A DNA stretch of 64,000 nt from Gammaproteobacteria bacterium (GCA_963422205.2 CAXMWX010000005.1:32001-96000); one strand, 5' to 3'; shown: positions 28,921-39,202, numbered from the stretch's first letter. The notes: generated by a model from the letters alone, not told the origin. Made by a program: numbers and translations.

Positions 28921-28997
28921 GCGCCTGTAGCTCAGTTGGATAGAGTGCTGCCCTCCGAAGGCAGAGGTCACAGGTTCGACTCCTGTCAGGCGCGCCA
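28921..28997 (+). tRNA. tRNA-Arg(CCG)
   Basis: GCGCCTGTAGCTCAGTTGGATAGAG...CTGCC-CTCCGAA-GGCAG...GGTTCGACTCC...CAGGCGCGCCA. Confidence 0.97.
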
Positions 28998-29222
28998 CAC
29001 CGACACCAGCCCGCCAGGCTGATCTTTTAAGGATAGCCGGTTCAACTCTACTGTATGCCGTTTCATTGTGCATGGTATAACTTGAGCAGAAAATGGCTTG
29101 CAGGCGTCTGATCATATCTGCCACGGGCATGGCTGTGTCACACAGGATGTAAGGGCTGGCCGATGTTCTGTAGTTGAGCCGGATCGGGTTACAGAGCAGC
29201 AAAACCGCATAGCCTGCCGTGC

Positions 29223-31394
29223 TTAATCACCGCCAGTGATCGGCGGCGTGGGCCTGTAATGTGCTGGCGTTGGCCCTCCCTCGGCCTTGCGGGCGAGCGC
29301 CTCTGCCACTGTTTCCACCTTCACTGCCGCCGCCAGCCCGTCTTTTCTATTGACCTTGACAGCAATCCCCGCACTGTCCGGCGGCGGCATCATGTCGGCA
29401 TGGTAGTAGGCAATCTTGTGCTTTTTCAGATCGATCTGGCGATGCAGATTAAGATCACGTTGATTCACCCCCCTGGTTGGATGCACACAGACACCATCAA
29501 CGATCTCCAAATCCAGCCACCATTTTTTTACCGGATTACGCACACCGTGGCCCAGCAGGTCATCCAGCTTCACCGCAAGCGGCACTAACAGCGGCTTTAG
29601 CCAGAACGCATTCACCCCGCACCAACTGGCAATCTGCGTGGTGATGGGGCCGTCCCAGCTGATCACCTTGTTTAGCGGACAGGTCTTCATGCAGCGACCG
29701 CAGGCCAGGCCGCGCTGATTGGTGATTCGATAACGAGTACAGCGCTCCACATCCGGCTTCCATATTTCATAGCCGTTAAACATCACTTTACCGCCAAACG
29801 GGATCGCATCACAGGGACATTCCCTGGCACACTTGAGACAATGCGAACAAAAATATTGCAGACCAAAATCCACCGGCTTATCAGGGATCAGGGGCAAATC
29901 CGTTGTCATGACGACCGTCTTAAACCTCGGCCCGATAAACGGGTTCAGCACCAACTCACCAATACGACTCAACTCGCCCAGACCAGCCCACAGCACCAGG
30001 GGAATATGCAGTACATGCGAATCGGCATTCGTTTGCGGGCGCGCCGCATGCCCCATCGAGCGGATATGCTCGGCCATGATGCCGGCAATCAATGCACCAC
30101 GCATATACGCACGCATGGACTGTGCGCCGGAGATAAAGTCATCACCGGAGGCGCCCTCCATCGTCTCATACCCCTGATCGATTAAACAGACAACGGCGTA
30201 TTTATGATAAGGGACGATCGCTGTGCCATCCGCATCATGCGAGTACCAGGCATACGGCGGAATCTCACAGATCCCGGTGATCTCTGCGCCCAGCGCATAA
30301 GACAAGGACTTGATCGCTCGGGTATTCGCTTCTGGATCAGCCAGCCCGGCGGCCTGTACCTCAGCCACCTGACCGTCCTGATAAGGCACCATAGCGCTGA
30401 TCTGTTTTACCATGGCACTGGCAAAAGGATGCTTGAATGCAAAGCGGCTTCTTTCTGTCTGCGCTTTTTTGTCGAGATCGCCATGTATTGCCCGCTCAAA
30501 AAATGCCGCACGCTTCGGCACACGCGGTACCTCATCATCCAGGATCAGTGTGGTTGGCCGGGGCTGACGCTGTACCTGCTCCATTGGATAGTTACCCAGA
30601 TCCGTGCGCCGCCGGGCGCAACGCCACCTTTCCAAACCGGAAGTCGCCCCGCCCCAGCCTAACCAATACGCCAGACCTTTTCCATGCAGCGCCGTTGCCG
30701 CTAATGGCGTATCTGTTGCCAGTGAATAATCCGTTGTGAGAACAGCAGCCGCATAATCCGTGCCCAGATACGGATTGACGACTTGCTCGCCGTGGCGCAC
30801 AGCCAAACCACATAACAGGGTGAGACGCACCACATCAACCCGGGTGTTTCTATCGTCATAAGCCGTGGCATCAAAACCCATCGCTCTGATATGGTTCGCC
30901 AGACTGACAACGATCTCAAACGCACGCATCTGTGCGGTGGCATGCACGGCGCCCTGCAACCAGTCATGCGCCGGATTATCGGCCTCCGGCAGACGAGGGT
31001 AGCGGGCAATCACGGCAATGCCGTGGCTGTGTCCGTTTGCTGCTGCCCCCTGATACCAGCAGGGACCCGATAACTCACAGATCCCAACCTGGCTGGCATC
31101 GAGAAAATAGGCCGCCCCTTTAATATCCACACTGCGTGTTTGCAGATCATCAGGTACCGGTGCTTTTGCAGGCGCCACCTCGCCCTCGCTGAACTGCTGG
31201 AAGAGCGCATGGTATTTCGCCAGCGCAGCGGCGTAGTGTGACCTGGCGTTATCTGTAAATGCCGGGGCAGATGCTGGCCTGGCCCGCCGCCCGGCCTGCT
31301 GCTCGGCCAGGCCCGCCTGCACATCACGCGGCAATCGCTCCAGGGGGTACGGCCCCAGATGGAATGGTCGATGCTTGTTGGAAAACAAAACCAT
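29223..31394 (-). CDS. Catabolic-type (cytoplasmic) cobalamin reductive dehalogenase
   Basis: N-terminal RPFHLGPYPLERL, duplicated domain, AGLGELSRIGELVLNPFIGPRFK, two Fe-S motifs CSHCLKCARECP and C..CMKTCP; no TAT signal, no rdhB, no fused reductase. Confidence 0.9.
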   Translation of the reverse strand: MVLFSNKHRPFHLGPYPLERLPRDVQAGLAEQQAGRRARPASAPAFTDNARSHYAAALAKYHALFQQFSEGEVAPAKAPVPDDLQTRSVDIKGAAYFLDASQVGICELSGPCWYQGAAANGHSHGIAVIARYPRLPEADNPAHDWLQGAVHATAQMRAFEIVVSLANHIRAMGFDATAYDDRNTRVDVVRLTLLCGLAVRHGEQVVNPYLGTDYAAAVLTTDYSLATDTPLAATALHGKGLAYWLGWGGATSGLERWRCARRRTDLGNYPMEQVQRQPRPTTLILDDEVPRVPKRAAFFERAIHGDLDKKAQTERSRFAFKHPFASAMVKQISAMVPYQDGQVAEVQAAGLADPEANTRAIKSLSYALGAEITGICEIPPYAWYSHDADGTAIVPYHKYAVVCLIDQGYETMEGASGDDFISGAQSMRAYMRGALIAGIMAEHIRSMGHAARPQTNADSHVLHIPLVLWAGLGELSRIGELVLNPFIGPRFKTVVMTTDLPLIPDKPVDFGLQYFCSHCLKCARECPCDAIPFGGKVMFNGYEIWKPDVERCTRYRITNQRGLACGRCMKTCPLNKVISWDGPITTQIASWCGVNAFWLKPLLVPLAVKLDDLLGHGVRNPVKKWWLDLEIVDGVCVHPTRGVNQRDLNLHRQIDLKKHKIAYYHADMMPPPDSAGIAVKVNRKDGLAAAVKVETVAEALARKAEGGPTPAHYRPTPPITGGD

Positions 31395-31540
31395 GATGAC
31401 AGAAAAGCCCTCGGCGCTGCTGTGCTTGATCTTGATAGTAGAGTATGCCAAAAAACACGCCGCCGGTCTAAGAAAACCGGCCTGTGCTTTAGCATTGCGT
31501 AATCAGCGCATTATCGATACGCATATGTGCATAACAGGCC

Positions 31541-31917
31541 ATAATCACCGGCTTGTTTGATGTTGCACAATGGGATGCACAAGATCGTCTGTTGGACTGA
31601 AGAGGTCACGAATTACCCGGAAGTCGCTGGCAAATATATGAGGTATTTTGAACAAAGCCGCCTTGATCAACGCCGTATCCTTGTCACGTCTGGAGAATTT
31701 TGCGCCGTATCATGAGGGCTTTAGCCGTTTGTTTGCCGGGGAAACCATGGACACCGTTGGAAGAAGATACACTGGAGTATATCCCGGTGACAACAGCGCC
31801 GGGTGCTGTATGCCACCTGCAATAAGCTGTCAGAGGGCGATCAGCGCCGTCAATATTATGAAGATAAACGTGCCCGACATAGAAAGAGAAGCACATAAGG
31901 AGTACCGATTTCGGGTG
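31541..31917 (+). pseudogene. Remnant of a PhyH-family Fe(II)/2-oxoglutarate dioxygenase (PhnY-like)
   Basis: Collinear fragments in shifting frames: IITGLFD / WTEEVTNYPEVAGKYMRYFEQS / SRLENFAPYHEGF / GKPWTPLEEDTLEYIPVTTAPG / LYATCNKLSEGDQRRQYYEDKR / PDIEREAHKEYRFRV; catalytic HxD...H segments missing. Confidence 0.6.
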
Positions 31918-32170
31918 TCATTGTGCATCATCAGAAGCCATACAACCGGGCAACTCTGCCCGCACAGGCTGAGAAAGCGTGAGGGTAAAGCCTTTACCAA
32001 CGCGGTTGCCTTGCAGATGCCAAGGCTGGCCATCGGGCCGGCGATTACCGCCAGCATGATTGGTGAGGATGGATTTGTCAGTGCATTATTACCGGGCTTG
32101 TTGCCGATCGTCCCATTATTGAAAAAGCAAAAAGCTATTACGTCTACATGCCTTGTCTTAACGCCAGCTC

Positions 32171-33406
32171 TCATTCAGAACGTAACTTTAATAACCAGTC
32201 ATCAACACGGCCGCTGGCGGCCAGCCATTCAACCCATGACCGCCAGAGATGCCCGCGCAACTCGGTTGCCGCATTCTGTATAGCCAGCATCTGCTCAAGC
32301 TGTCGCAAATAGTCGGTGGTGCTGATATCGCCGGCCTGCCAGAGTTGTTGCAATGCCGCCTGCTGCTCATGCAGGGCCGAGGCGCCGGTTGCCGCCCACT
32401 CACGCCAGGTCTGCTCTGCCAGCCGATAACGCGCCAGGCTGGTGACCAGACGTGCATGGGCCTGCTGATATTTGTCTTTTGCCTGTAATTCAAGCTCAAG
32501 CAATTCGGCGTATGCTGCATCCACCTCCGCACGATAGGTATTACGTATCAGCATCGGCATTGACACACTGACACCCGCCAGCAGATCAGCGCCCTCCCGG
32601 CCAAGCCGAACGCCGATAGTGGGATCCGGTTTTCCCGCAAGGCGATGCACTCTGACTTGCTCATGTGCACTGGCAATGCGGGCGAGCGCCATCCTGGTGG
32701 CGGGTAACTGATGGATGAGCTGCTCACTGTCCACTGCGGCTATTACGGCAGCCGGCGGCAGTTGCGGCAGGCGGATGGCGGCAAATGCGTTTTCATTGAC
32801 AAGAGCAAGCAACACCTGCCGTGCATCGAGCAAAGCAAACTGGCTATCGGCATGGCTTAACTGTGCCTCGGCCAGTGCCAGCCTGGCCAGCTTCAGGGAG
32901 CTGTGATCCAGATCGCCTGCTGCCTGACGTTTGCCCGCCAGGGCAGCAGAGCGCCGCAGCAGTCTCTCGCTTTCAACAGCAGAGGCAACAAGCTCTCTGG
33001 CAATATCATGGTTGATCATCGCGGTGAGTAACGTGATTGCCATATCCTGGCGTACTTTATGTAACTGTGCGGCGGCCAGCTCAACCGCCTGTGAGGCCAG
33101 CCTGCCGCCTGCGGTACGTTTATCATGCCAATCAAGCTGCTGACTGATCCCGACAGATGCCGTGGTATCCATCGCCTGTTGCAGATCAATCGCCACTTCG
33201 GGATTATGCAGGGGTTGCTGTTTGGCACGTTCATTGGCACTGGCCGCCTCCAGCGCTGCCCGGGCTGATAACACACCAGCATTCGCATCCACTGTCCTAA
33301 GGATGAATGCGGCGAGTCTTGTAGCTGCCGCCGAGGAGTCGGCAGCTGCATTGACCGGCAGGAAAGCAAACAGGCACAGGACAAGGGGTAAGCTGCTGTC
33401 AGGCAT
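32171..33406 (-). CDS. TolC/CzcC-family outer membrane efflux protein
   Basis: Signal peptide, NPEV, two helical repeats, KPDPTIGV...GVSVSMPM, GDISTTDYL. Confidence 0.85.
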   Translation of the reverse strand: MPDSSLPLVLCLFAFLPVNAAADSSAAATRLAAFILRTVDANAGVLSARAALEAASANERAKQQPLHNPEVAIDLQQAMDTTASVGISQQLDWHDKRTAGGRLASQAVELAAAQLHKVRQDMAITLLTAMINHDIARELVASAVESERLLRRSAALAGKRQAAGDLDHSSLKLARLALAEAQLSHADSQFALLDARQVLLALVNENAFAAIRLPQLPPAAVIAAVDSEQLIHQLPATRMALARIASAHEQVRVHRLAGKPDPTIGVRLGREGADLLAGVSVSMPMLIRNTYRAEVDAAYAELLELELQAKDKYQQAHARLVTSLARYRLAEQTWREWAATGASALHEQQAALQQLWQAGDISTTDYLRQLEQMLAIQNAATELRGHLWRSWVEWLAASGRVDDWLLKLRSE

Positions 33407-33552
33407 GAGATAACCATAATGCAGCCCACAGCGTTAAGCAAATGTATCCCGCCTGACCGACAGGCTGGCCACAGATCAGAGCATACGATCACACAGCATA
33501 AACCAGCCGCAAGACCTGCCATGCTCGAAACAGCGGCGGCCGGGCAGTATCC

Positions 33553-34299
33553 TCAGCCACTGTGGGCCAGCATGTCATAACCCGCCAATGCTTTAGTGCC
33601 AGGGAACCGGTATGTTTGTTTACTATGACTTAACCCTGTTTTGACAAGGCCATCCGCCAGGTGAACCGTTAAAGGCATGGGATCGATAACCGGCACATCC
33701 AGATCGGCTTCCAGAAGACCGCATCGCATTTCTGCGGCACAACCTAGAAAGCCTGTACAACCGAGTATTATCCCATCTGCCTTATCTTCCTTGACGGATT
33801 CGATGGCTTGCTCTGTTAAAGCCGCAGTCAACTTCGCTATATCGTGGTTTATATCCAGTACCGGCACATTCACGGACTTGAATGAAACATACTTGTCCTT
33901 GATGCCATATTTAGAGGCCATATCGTCGATCATCGGCCTTAACCTGTCCAGTACCGTGATAAACCCAAAACTGTGTGCGAGCAGACTCGCCATGTACATG
34001 GAAGTTTGACAGGGCCCCAGAACAGGGATGGACACGGCTTCCCGGCAGGCATTCAGACCCGGATCACCCATGCAGTCTATCACGATGGCATGAGCGCCAT
34101 TTTTCTCAGCTTCAATGGCTTTCTTTATGGTATCGGGAATACTGAGTGCCTCATCAAATGCCGACTCAATAGAAGCAGGGCCTTGATCTAGCAGTGCATG
34201 GGTAAAAACAAGATCAGCACGTTCCAGTTCTTTTATATCATGTAACTGCCTTATCCCTTTTGTGATGATGGGTGTAATAACATGAATTGTCGTCCGCAT
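33553..34299 (-). CDS. Asp/Glu/hydantoin racemase family protein
   Basis: GPASIES, IDCMGDPGL, IILGCTGF (two catalytic Cys), PVIDP. Confidence 0.9.
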   Translation of the reverse strand: MRTTIHVITPIITKGIRQLHDIKELERADLVFTHALLDQGPASIESAFDEALSIPDTIKKAIEAEKNGAHAIVIDCMGDPGLNACREAVSIPVLGPCQTSMYMASLLAHSFGFITVLDRLRPMIDDMASKYGIKDKYVSFKSVNVPVLDINHDIAKLTAALTEQAIESVKEDKADGIILGCTGFLGCAAEMRCGLLEADLDVPVIDPMPLTVHLADGLVKTGLSHSKQTYRFPGTKALAGYDMLAHSG

Positions 34300-34336
34300 A
34301 AATCTTCCCCGTTTTATTTCTTTAAAATGCGGGCAA

Positions 34337-36487
34337 TCAGAAGCGATATTCCAGATCAGCGCCATAGGTGCGACCGCGTGCCAGAAAGCCCAGGTCGCCG
34401 CCCATGGTACCGGCGAAGGTGGCGGCGTTGTAATCCTGCCAGTACAACTCATCAAAGATGTTCTTCGCCCACAGCGTCAGGGTCCAGTTTTCACCGGCCA
34501 GCGCCGCCCGGCCATTGAGCAGGCCGAAATCGTCCATGGGGTTCAGATTGTCCGAATGCCAGTATTTTTTCCCGCGATGCTCGTAGTCAATACGCAGGCT
34601 GCCTTCAAAGCCACCCGCCAGCGGCAATCGGTATTCCGTGCCGATGTTAATACTGTACTGCTGGTTCTTGGGTGTGCGCCGGCCCACATCCTGTGGCCGC
34701 AAGGTGAACCTTTTGATCTGGGAATCGGTGATGCCCAATGCGCCGAACAAAGTCCAGTGCTCGTCCAGCAGAGCCTGAAAATTCAGCTCGACGCCGAGCA
34801 TATCGACCTTGTCGATGTTTTCGATGACCTGTGCGCCGGAGGCGACATCGACGCGGAAATACTGGAAATTGTCGCTTTTGGCGTAGAAGGCCGCAGCATT
34901 GACGATCAGCCGCCGAGAAAACCAGCTGCTCTTGAAACCGAGCTCAAAATTATCCAGGGTCTCTTCCCTGAATTGTCCGCTCATTTGGATGTTCGGCCCG
35001 TTAAAGCCGCCGGAGCGAAAGCCGCGGCTATAGCTGGCATAGCTGAGCAGCGCATCACGCCAGCGCTTGCTCAACACAAGGCGCGGTTGCAGGTCGGCGA
35101 AGCTCTTTTGGGGCGGGCTGGTAGCCGGGCTGATGCCGGTATGATCGCGCTTGTTATAGTCATAGCGCAGGCCCAGGGTCAGCTCCAGATCATCGGTCAG
35201 ATCATATTCCGCCTGGCCGAACAGCGCCCAGGCCGTGTTGTCATTGCTCTCCCTGATATTGAGAAAGGCAGGGGGAATAAAATCCGCCCTGGAATACACC
35301 GGCGCGGTGCCGGGCGCCTCTACTGAGGCAAGCGTGGTCAGCTTGCGCCTGGTGTCCAGATAGTAGAACCCGGCGATCCAGCGCAACCGCTGATCGTCCG
35401 GCGAAGTCCAGCGCAGTTCATGGCTCATCAACGCCACATCCAGCAGCTGTTGCTGGCCAACACCCAAAAAACCCACCAGGCTGCTTAAACCATTGGTGGT
35501 ATTGTTGGTAAAATCCAGATCAGCAAAATAGTTCTCTTCAAGATCACTGATCCCCAGAATGTATGTCAGATCTCCCCGCCCGCTGTTCCAGTTGATCTTC
35601 ACCGTGCCCTCAATGAATTGCTTTTTATCGGTCTCGCCCAGCACATTGGTATAGGGCCGGTTGAAGGTGTTGCTGGAGGGGTTGGCACCGCTCTGCGGCA
35701 GGTTGGGATTGGGGATGAAGGTATCACTGCAACAGCCGCCATCGGCATCCGAGAAGGCCAGGCGGCCATCCACGCTCAGCGTATCACTCACCTGCCACAG
35801 CAGGCGGCCACGAATATCGCGGCTGGTGAAAAAGTCCACCTCATCGTTTAAGAACCGGTTTTCAGTCACGCCATTAAAATCCTTGAAGGCGCCGGATAAG
35901 CGAAACAGCAGCGTATCTTCCACCAGGGCGCCACTGGCGGCAGCCGAGACCTTTCTCAGCCCGCCGTTGCCGACCCCGCCCTTAATTTTTCCTTCAAGAT
36001 CGTTGCCCGGCCGCTTGCTGACAATGTTGATCGCACCACCAATGGCGTTACGTCCGTAAAGCGAGCCTTGCGGGCCTTTCAATACTTCAATACGTTCGAT
36101 GTCAAACAATTCCTGCTTGAGTTGCTTCTGATTGTTCTGCGGTACACCATCAACGACTATCGCCACGGGTGAATCGGCATTGTTGATCTGCGCCACACCG
36201 CGCACCTGCACAAAGGTATTGCCCAGCGTGAAGGAATCATCCATCGTCATGTTGGGCGTTAAGTTGATGAAGTCCTGTGTGCTTTCGATACCGGCACGCA
36301 CAATATCCTCTGTCGTGAAGGCAGTGACCGATACCGGCACATCCTGTAGCCGCTGCTCCCGGTATTGTGCGGTGACGACAACCTCTTCCAGCACCGCCTG
36401 GGCGGGTAGGGGTGCGGGCATTGACAGGCTGATCAGCAGTAATAACAACGTACTGCTTTTATTGATATGGGTATAGACAGATAACAT
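34337..36487 (-). CDS. TonB-dependent receptor
   Basis: Signal peptide, LEEVVVTAQYRE TonB box, IERIEVLKGPQGSLYGRNAIGGAINI, C-terminal YRF; GGAGG RBS before ATG 36487. Confidence 0.95.
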   Translation of the reverse strand: MLSVYTHINKSSTLLLLLISLSMPAPLPAQAVLEEVVVTAQYREQRLQDVPVSVTAFTTEDIVRAGIESTQDFINLTPNMTMDDSFTLGNTFVQVRGVAQINNADSPVAIVVDGVPQNNQKQLKQELFDIERIEVLKGPQGSLYGRNAIGGAINIVSKRPGNDLEGKIKGGVGNGGLRKVSAAASGALVEDTLLFRLSGAFKDFNGVTENRFLNDEVDFFTSRDIRGRLLWQVSDTLSVDGRLAFSDADGGCCSDTFIPNPNLPQSGANPSSNTFNRPYTNVLGETDKKQFIEGTVKINWNSGRGDLTYILGISDLEENYFADLDFTNNTTNGLSSLVGFLGVGQQQLLDVALMSHELRWTSPDDQRLRWIAGFYYLDTRRKLTTLASVEAPGTAPVYSRADFIPPAFLNIRESNDNTAWALFGQAEYDLTDDLELTLGLRYDYNKRDHTGISPATSPPQKSFADLQPRLVLSKRWRDALLSYASYSRGFRSGGFNGPNIQMSGQFREETLDNFELGFKSSWFSRRLIVNAAAFYAKSDNFQYFRVDVASGAQVIENIDKVDMLGVELNFQALLDEHWTLFGALGITDSQIKRFTLRPQDVGRRTPKNQQYSINIGTEYRLPLAGGFEGSLRIDYEHRGKKYWHSDNLNPMDDFGLLNGRAALAGENWTLTLWAKNIFDELYWQDYNAATFAGTMGGDLGFLARGRTYGADLEYRF

Positions 36488-36536
36488 ATTTCCCTCCATG
36501 AATGCGTTTGCATTCAGTTTGTTTTGTAACCACTGT

Positions 36537-37661
36537 TCAACGTTTATGAATCTCTGCAAGCGATACAAAATCCTCATCAATGCCAAACGCCCTCGGCCCG
36601 AATACGGCAAGCGCCTCCGGCGTTCTCATGATGGGTGCGGCACTGGTGCCGATAACCTGCACCCGTTGTCCATAGGCCAGGCTCTCGGTGGTGATCGTCT
36701 GGCCAGTCTCATGATCAACCACGGTGATCAGATCAGGCACAACAGCCACTGTATTGCCGTTCAGCCTGGCGATCAGATGTTCATTCTGAAATTCGATATG
36801 GCAGTTATCTTGACTGCCATCGCTGGCCATGAGGTGGCAATGCCCAATGACAAAGCCGCGGCGTGTCTCTCGCCGGACATCAATAATCTTGCCGTCAAAC
36901 AACACCTCGCAGGTGTTGTAGTATGGCGTGGTGTGCAGAAATGTCTGCACCGCCTGCACCGGCCTGCCCTGTGTCCGTCCCTCTGCCAGTGCCCTGCCGA
37001 CCCCCAGGGCAATCTTTAAGGTGCCGGAGACGCCGTATTGCTTGACCTGCCTGCCGGTGAGCGGATAGCAGGAGACGATGACACTGAGACCCATCTCAAT
37101 GGCACAGGAGCGCATGATACTTTCAGCACGCCTGGCATCAGCGGTCTCAACAATGACGGTTTGCAGGTGTTCATCAACAATGACGGCCGGTGTCGCTGAC
37201 ACGCCATAGACGTTATACGTGGTCATCTGAATCTCAGGAAATGCCCGGCCCATGCCATCACTGTTTACTATGGGCAAACCCAACCTGGCAGCAGCAACGA
37301 TCGGGATCATTGAATTCATCCCGCCAATTTCAATCGGTGAAATGGCAACCGGTTGCTTGCCGGTATGTGCCGCCAGCGTATTGACCGCCAGATCGATATC
37401 CTCACCGGACGCCGCCTTCTCCATCAACACCGTTGGCGCACCGAACATGGCCGAGGTAAAAACGGGTTCATCATCGGCAAGAGCCTCCGGTTCAATGATC
37501 TCCGGCATACCAAATTCCTCGATGGCATGTCGGGCCAATAACATGCCGATGTAGGGATCACCGCCGCCACCAGCACCCAGAAACGCCGCCCCCTGCGCCA
37601 GGTTCTCCAGATCGTCTATACCCAAACGCACCCTCATCATTGCTGCCTGTGTTGCACTCAT
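36537..37661 (-). CDS. DUF917 family protein
   Basis: GAAFLGAGGGGDP, EIGGMNS, DGMGRAFPE, FQNE, VPDLI. Confidence 0.9.
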   Translation of the reverse strand: MSATQAAMMRVRLGIDDLENLAQGAAFLGAGGGGDPYIGMLLARHAIEEFGMPEIIEPEALADDEPVFTSAMFGAPTVLMEKAASGEDIDLAVNTLAAHTGKQPVAISPIEIGGMNSMIPIVAAARLGLPIVNSDGMGRAFPEIQMTTYNVYGVSATPAVIVDEHLQTVIVETADARRAESIMRSCAIEMGLSVIVSCYPLTGRQVKQYGVSGTLKIALGVGRALAEGRTQGRPVQAVQTFLHTTPYYNTCEVLFDGKIIDVRRETRRGFVIGHCHLMASDGSQDNCHIEFQNEHLIARLNGNTVAVVPDLITVVDHETGQTITTESLAYGQRVQVIGTSAAPIMRTPEALAVFGPRAFGIDEDFVSLAEIHKR

Positions 37662-39202
37662 GGGAGCATCAACTGCCCTGCTGCCCTGACTTTCAAACGC
37701 ACCGAGTTGCCGGGCATATACTGCAACGGTAATTCTTCAAAATCGATGATCTCAACGGTATCCGGTCTCGCCCCGGCAGCGATGGCCATCTGCCTGGCCT
37801 CTTGCCTGGCACGTTCGATCACTTTATTGCGTCCGTGTGTATCGTAGGAGAGAACCTTATCCACCTTGCCGCCAACCTGGGCAATGCAGGCACCGATGGC
37901 ATTCGCCACACCCGCATCATCAGGCACGATAACTTTTGAGACGCCGGGGATTGCATCTCGCAGCAGCACAGCACCGCCACCCACCAGCACCAGCGGAACC
38001 GGCTCGGCGCTGGTCTTCATTCTATCCACGCCTGCATTGACAAGCACATACATGGCCTGCACTGCCAAACCGACAAGGCGACTGTCAAGCCCGGCCAGGC
38101 GCTTCGCATCACCTATATCGGCATAACCGGCGGCAACAGCAATATCACTTGCGGTCAACACATCGCCGCCGAACACCCGGGCTTTTTCCGTCAGTTGATA
38201 ACCGACAGACTGCGGCCCCACTGTCACTGTGCCGTTATCTTTCACCAGGCTGCCGCCGCCCAACCCCAGGGCCAGCACATCGGGCATACGAAAATTGGTA
38301 CGCACACCGCCGATGTCAACCGCCACCGAAGATTCACGTGGAAAGCCATTGCACAGCATACCGATGTCTGTTGTGGTACCGCCAACATCCACCACCAGAG
38401 TATCTTTTAAGCCGGATAAATACGCCGCACCACGCATGCTGTTCGTTGGCCCGGAGGCAAATGTCAGCACCGGATGCTGTTCGACAAAATCCGCCGTCAT
38501 CAGCGTGCCGTCATTCTGACTGATATAAAACGGGGCCTTGATGTGCAACTCTCTTAACGCACAACGAAACGAATTGACAACCTTGCTGGCAAGACTCGCC
38601 AGGCTGGCATTCATGATGGCGGCGTTTTCCCGCTCCAGTAATCCCAAGCGGCCGATGCTCGAAGACAATGTGATCGCGGCATCTGGAATATGCGCCAGCA
38701 CAATGTCGCGGGCGCATGCTTCCATCTCTGCATTCAACGGTGAAAACATACAACTGATCGCGATGGCCTTTATGCCGTTGGCCTTCATCTCCCTGGCAGC
38801 GGCGAGCGTGGCCTTCTCGTCAAATTCAGATATCAGCCTGCCGTCATACTCATACCCGCCTTTGACCAGATAATGGTGATCGCCAATGATGGCAGCAATA
38901 TCCTCTGGCCAGTCAATCATCGGTGGCAGACCACGGCTGGCTGGCAGGGCGAGCCGGATGACGGCAACCTTGAGCAGACCTTTGCGCTCAACAAAGGCAT
39001 TGGTGAAGTGAGTCGTGCCCACCATCACGGCTTGAATCTTTTCCGCCGCAAGCTGTGAGTGGCTGATGATGCTGTTGACGGCATTTATAATGCCATCGCT
39101 GATATTAGTGGTGGTCGGGGTTTTATGACTGGCGAGCACGAGACTGCCGTCCATCAGCACGGCATCGGTATTGGTTCCGCCGACATCAATGCCTATTCTC
39201 AT
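37658..39202 (-). CDS. Hydantoinase/oxoprolinase family protein (HyuA-like, ATP-binding)
   Basis: IGIDVGGTNTDAV, GTTHFTNA, SGPTNSMRGA, DVGGTTTD, ANAIGA. Confidence 0.92.
   Translation of the reverse strand: MRIGIDVGGTNTDAVLMDGSLVLASHKTPTTTNISDGIINAVNSIISHSQLAAEKIQAVMVGTTHFTNAFVERKGLLKVAVIRLALPASRGLPPMIDWPEDIAAIIGDHHYLVKGGYEYDGRLISEFDEKATLAAAREMKANGIKAIAISCMFSPLNAEMEACARDIVLAHIPDAAITLSSSIGRLGLLERENAAIMNASLASLASKVVNSFRCALRELHIKAPFYISQNDGTLMTADFVEQHPVLTFASGPTNSMRGAAYLSGLKDTLVVDVGGTTTDIGMLCNGFPRESSVAVDIGGVRTNFRMPDVLALGLGGGSLVKDNGTVTVGPQSVGYQLTEKARVFGGDVLTASDIAVAAGYADIGDAKRLAGLDSRLVGLAVQAMYVLVNAGVDRMKTSAEPVPLVLVGGGAVLLRDAIPGVSKVIVPDDAGVANAIGACIAQVGGKVDKVLSYDTHGRNKVIERARQEARQMAIAAGARPDTVEIIDFEELPLQYMPGNSVRLKVRAAGQLMLP

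Noticed and set aside
31648-32283. 211-aa plus-strand ORF and 114-aa minus-strand ORF as real genes
   Set aside because: Better explained as chance frames through the dioxygenase remnant and the end of tolC
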